Origin: Heterodontus francisci
Lineage: Eukaryota
Direction: 5' to 3'
Length of the DNA: 64,000 nucleotides
NCBI RefSeq assembly: GCF_036365525.1
Contig: NC_090399.1
Span: 11,593,558-11,657,557 of the forward strand
Of the stretch, positions 60,914 to 64,000 are shown piece after piece (the first letter of the stretch is position 1; every line of letters begins with the position of its first letter). Below the pieces are notes generated by a model that saw only the letters and a list, made by a program, of their open reading frames with translations, did not search any database and was not told the origin of the DNA. Position numbers and translations under genes: made by a program.

Positions 60914-63900
60914 ACAAAGAACAAAGAAAATTACAGCACAGGAACAGGCCCTTCGGCCCTCCAAGCCTACGCCGATCCAAATCCTCTATCTAAACATGTC
61001 GCCTCTTTGCTTCCTGCCCATTCATGTATCTGTCTAGATACATCTTTAAAGACGCTATCGTGCCCGCGTCTACCACCTCCGCTGGCAACGCGTTCCAGGC
61101 ACCCACCACCCTCTGCGTAAAGAACTTTCCACGTATATCCCCCCTAAACTTTTCCCCTCTCACTTTGAACTTGTGACCCCCTAGTAATTGAATCCCCCAC
61201 TCTGGGAAAAAGCTTCTTGCTCTCCACCCTGTCTATACCTCTCATGATTTTGTACACCTCAATCAGGTCCCCCCTCAACCTCCGTCTTTCTAATGAAAAT
61301 AATCCTAATCTACTCAACCTCTCTTCATAGCTAGCGCCCTCCATACCAGGCAACATCCTGGTGAACCTCCTCTGCACCCTCTCCAAAGCATCTACATCCT
61401 TTTGGTAATGTGGCGACCAGAACTGCACGCAGTATTCCAAATGTGGCCGAACCAAAGTCTTATACAACTGTAACATGACCTGCCAACCCTTGTACTCAAT
61501 ACCCCGTCGGATGAAGGAAAGCATGCCGTATGCCTTCTTGACCACTCTATTGACCTGCGTTGCCACCTTCAGGGAACAATGGACCTGAACACCCAAATCT
61601 CTCTGCACATCACTTTTCCCCAGGACTTTTCCATTTACTGTATAGTTCACTCTTGAATTGGATCTTCTAAAATGCATCACCTCGCATTTGCCCAGATTGA
61701 ACTCCATCTGCCATTTCTCTGCCCAACTCTCCAATCTACCTATATTCTGCTGTATTCTCTGACAGTCCCCTTCACTATCTGCTATTCCACCAATCTTAGT
61801 GTTGTCGGCAAACTTGCTAATCAGACCACCGATACTTTCCTCCAAATCATTTATGTATATCACAAACAACAGTGGTCCCAGCACAGATCCCTGTGGAACA
61901 CCACTGGTCACACGTCTCCATTTTGAGAAACTCCCTTCCACTGCTACTCTCTGTCTCCTGTTGCCCAGCCAGTTCTTTATCTATCTAGCTAGTACACCCT
62001 GGACCCCATGCGACTTCACTTTCTCCATCAGCCTACCATGGGGAACCTTATCAAACGCCTTACTGAAGTCCATGTATATGACATCTACAGCCCTTCCCTC
62101 ATCAATCAACTTTGTCACTTCCTCAAAGAATTCTATTAAGTTGGTAAGACATGACCTTCCCTGCACAAAACCATGTTGCCTATCACTGATAAGCCCATTT
62201 TCTTCCAAATGGGAATAGATCCTTTCCCTCAGTATCTTCTCCAGCAGCTTTCCTACCACTGACGTCAGGCTCACCGGTCTATAATTACCTGGATTATCCC
62301 TGCTACCCTTCTTAAACAAGGGGACAACATTAGCAATTCTCCAGTCCTCCGGGACCTCTCCCGTGTTTAAGGATGCTGCAAAGATATCTGTTAAGGCCCC
62401 AGCTATTTCCTCTCTCGCTTCCCTCAGTAACCTGGGATAGATCCCATCCGGACCTGGGGACTTGTCCACCTTAATGCCTTTTAGAATACCCAACACTTCC
62501 TCCCTCCTTATGCCGACTTGACCTAGAGTAATCAAACATCTGTCCCTAACCTCAACATCCGTCATGTCCCTCTCCTCGGTGAATACCGATGCAAAGTACT
62601 CGTTTAGAATCTCACCCATTTTCTCTGACTCCACGCATAACTTTCCTCCTTTGTCCTTGAGTGGGCCAATCCTTTCTCTAATTACCCTCTTGCTCCTTAT
62701 ATATGAATAAAAGGCTTTGGGATTTTCCTTAGCCCTGTTTGCTAAAGATATTTCATGACCCCTTCTAGCCCTCTTAATTCCTCGTTTCAGATTGGTCCTA
62801 CATTCCCGATATTCTTTCAAAGCTTCGTCTTTCTTCAGCCTCCTAGACCTTATGTACGCTTCCTTTTTCCTCTTAGCTAGTCTCACAATTTCACCTGTCA
62901 TCCATGGTTCCCTAATCTTGCCATTTCTATCCCTCATTTTCACAGGAACATGTCTCTCCTGCACGCTAATCAACCTCTCTTTAAAAGCCTCCCACATATC
63001 AAATGTGGATTTATCTTCAAACAGCTGCTCCCAATCTACATTCCCCAGCTCCTGCCGAATTTTGGTATAGTTGGCCTTCCCCCAATTTAGCACTCTTCCT
63101 TTAGGACCACTCTCGTCTTTGTCCATGAGTATTCTAAAACTTACGGAATTGTGATCACTATTCCCAAAGTAGTCCCCTACTGAAACTTCAACCACCTGGC
63201 CGGGCTCATTCCCCAACACCAGGTCCAGTATGGCCCCTTCCCGAGTTGGACAATTTACATCCTGCTCTAGAAAACCCTCCTGGATGCTCCTTACAAATTC
63301 TGCTCCATCTAGACCTCTAACACTAAGTGAATCCCAGTCAATGTTGGGAAAATTAAAATCTCCTATCACCACCACCCTGTTGCTCCTACATCTTTCCATA
63401 ATCTGTTTACATATTTGTACCTCTATCTCACGCTCGCTGTTGGGAGGCCTGTAGTACAGCCCCAACATTGTTACCGCACCCTTCGTATTTCTGAGTTCTG
63501 CCCATATTGCCTCACTGCTCGAGTCCTCCATAGTGCCCTCCTTCAGCACAGCTGTGATATCCTCTTTGACCAGTAATGCAACTCCTCCACCCCTTTTACC
63601 TCCCTCTCTATCCCGCCTGAAGCATCGATATCCTGGGATATTTAGTTGCCAATCATGCCCTTCCCTCAACCAAGTCTCAGGAATAGCAATAACATCATAC
63701 TCCCAGGTACTAATCCAAGCCCTAAGTTCATCTGCCTTACCTACTACACTTCTTGCATTAAAACAAATGCACCTCAGGCCACCAGTCCCTTTGCGTTCAT
63801 CATCTGCTCAATGTCTACTCTTTCCCTTAGTCACGCTGACTTTATTATCTAGTTCCTTACAGGCTTTTGTTACTACCTCCTTACTGTCCACTGACCTCCT

Positions 63901-64000
63901 CATTTGGTTCCCATCCTCCTGCCACATTAGTTTAAACCCTCCCCAACAGCGTTAGCAAACGCATCCCCAAGGACATTGGTTCCAGTCCGGCACAGGTGTA
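60914..64000 (-). mobile_element. Young CR1 LINE: ORF1 end plus nearly intact ORF2 (APE and RT), extends past the window
   Basis: ORFs 63669-61981 and 61941-61144 are in the same frame, split by one TAG (W to stop); one late frameshift near 61180; tail (ttctttg)n; inserted after aagtcat, which is uninterrupted in units 1 and 2. Confidence 0.95.

Larger units (their letters stand above)
47999..64000. repeat. Tandem segmental duplication unit 3 (incomplete in window)
   Basis: Colinear with the other units up to 60913, where a young CR1 is inserted and runs to the window end. Confidence 0.85.

Overview
Eukaryotic, repeat-rich vertebrate DNA. The repeat families (CR1 LINEs, V-SINEs, Deu-domain SINEs, Penelope elements) point to a cartilaginous fish, probably a shark; this is inference. 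The main feature is a head-to-tail tandem array of at least three intact 4-exon TNF-alpha-like genes on the minus strand (238 aa each; CDS spans 15992-18003, 31123-33134, 49673-51813). They lie in 15-18.5 kb duplication units starting at about 14380, and the third unit runs off the right edge, so more copies may follow. Each gene has a palindromic TATA box, kB-, NFAT- and C/EBP-ATF-like promoter motifs, and an AU-rich 3' UTR. The units are mosaics: copy 1 has an old, divergent distal 3' UTR joined to a gene body nearly identical to copy 2. Unit-specific TE insertions with target-site duplications record the order of events. Other points of note are hammerhead-ribozyme-like motifs in two Penelope copies, a CR1 insertion that captured an inverted copy of neighbouring DNA, a G-tract-anchored deletion in a TNF intron, and a collapsed LTR element with a tRNA-Pro PBS in every unit. 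Positions 1-14300 are nested TE debris. All alignments and difference counts were done by eye.
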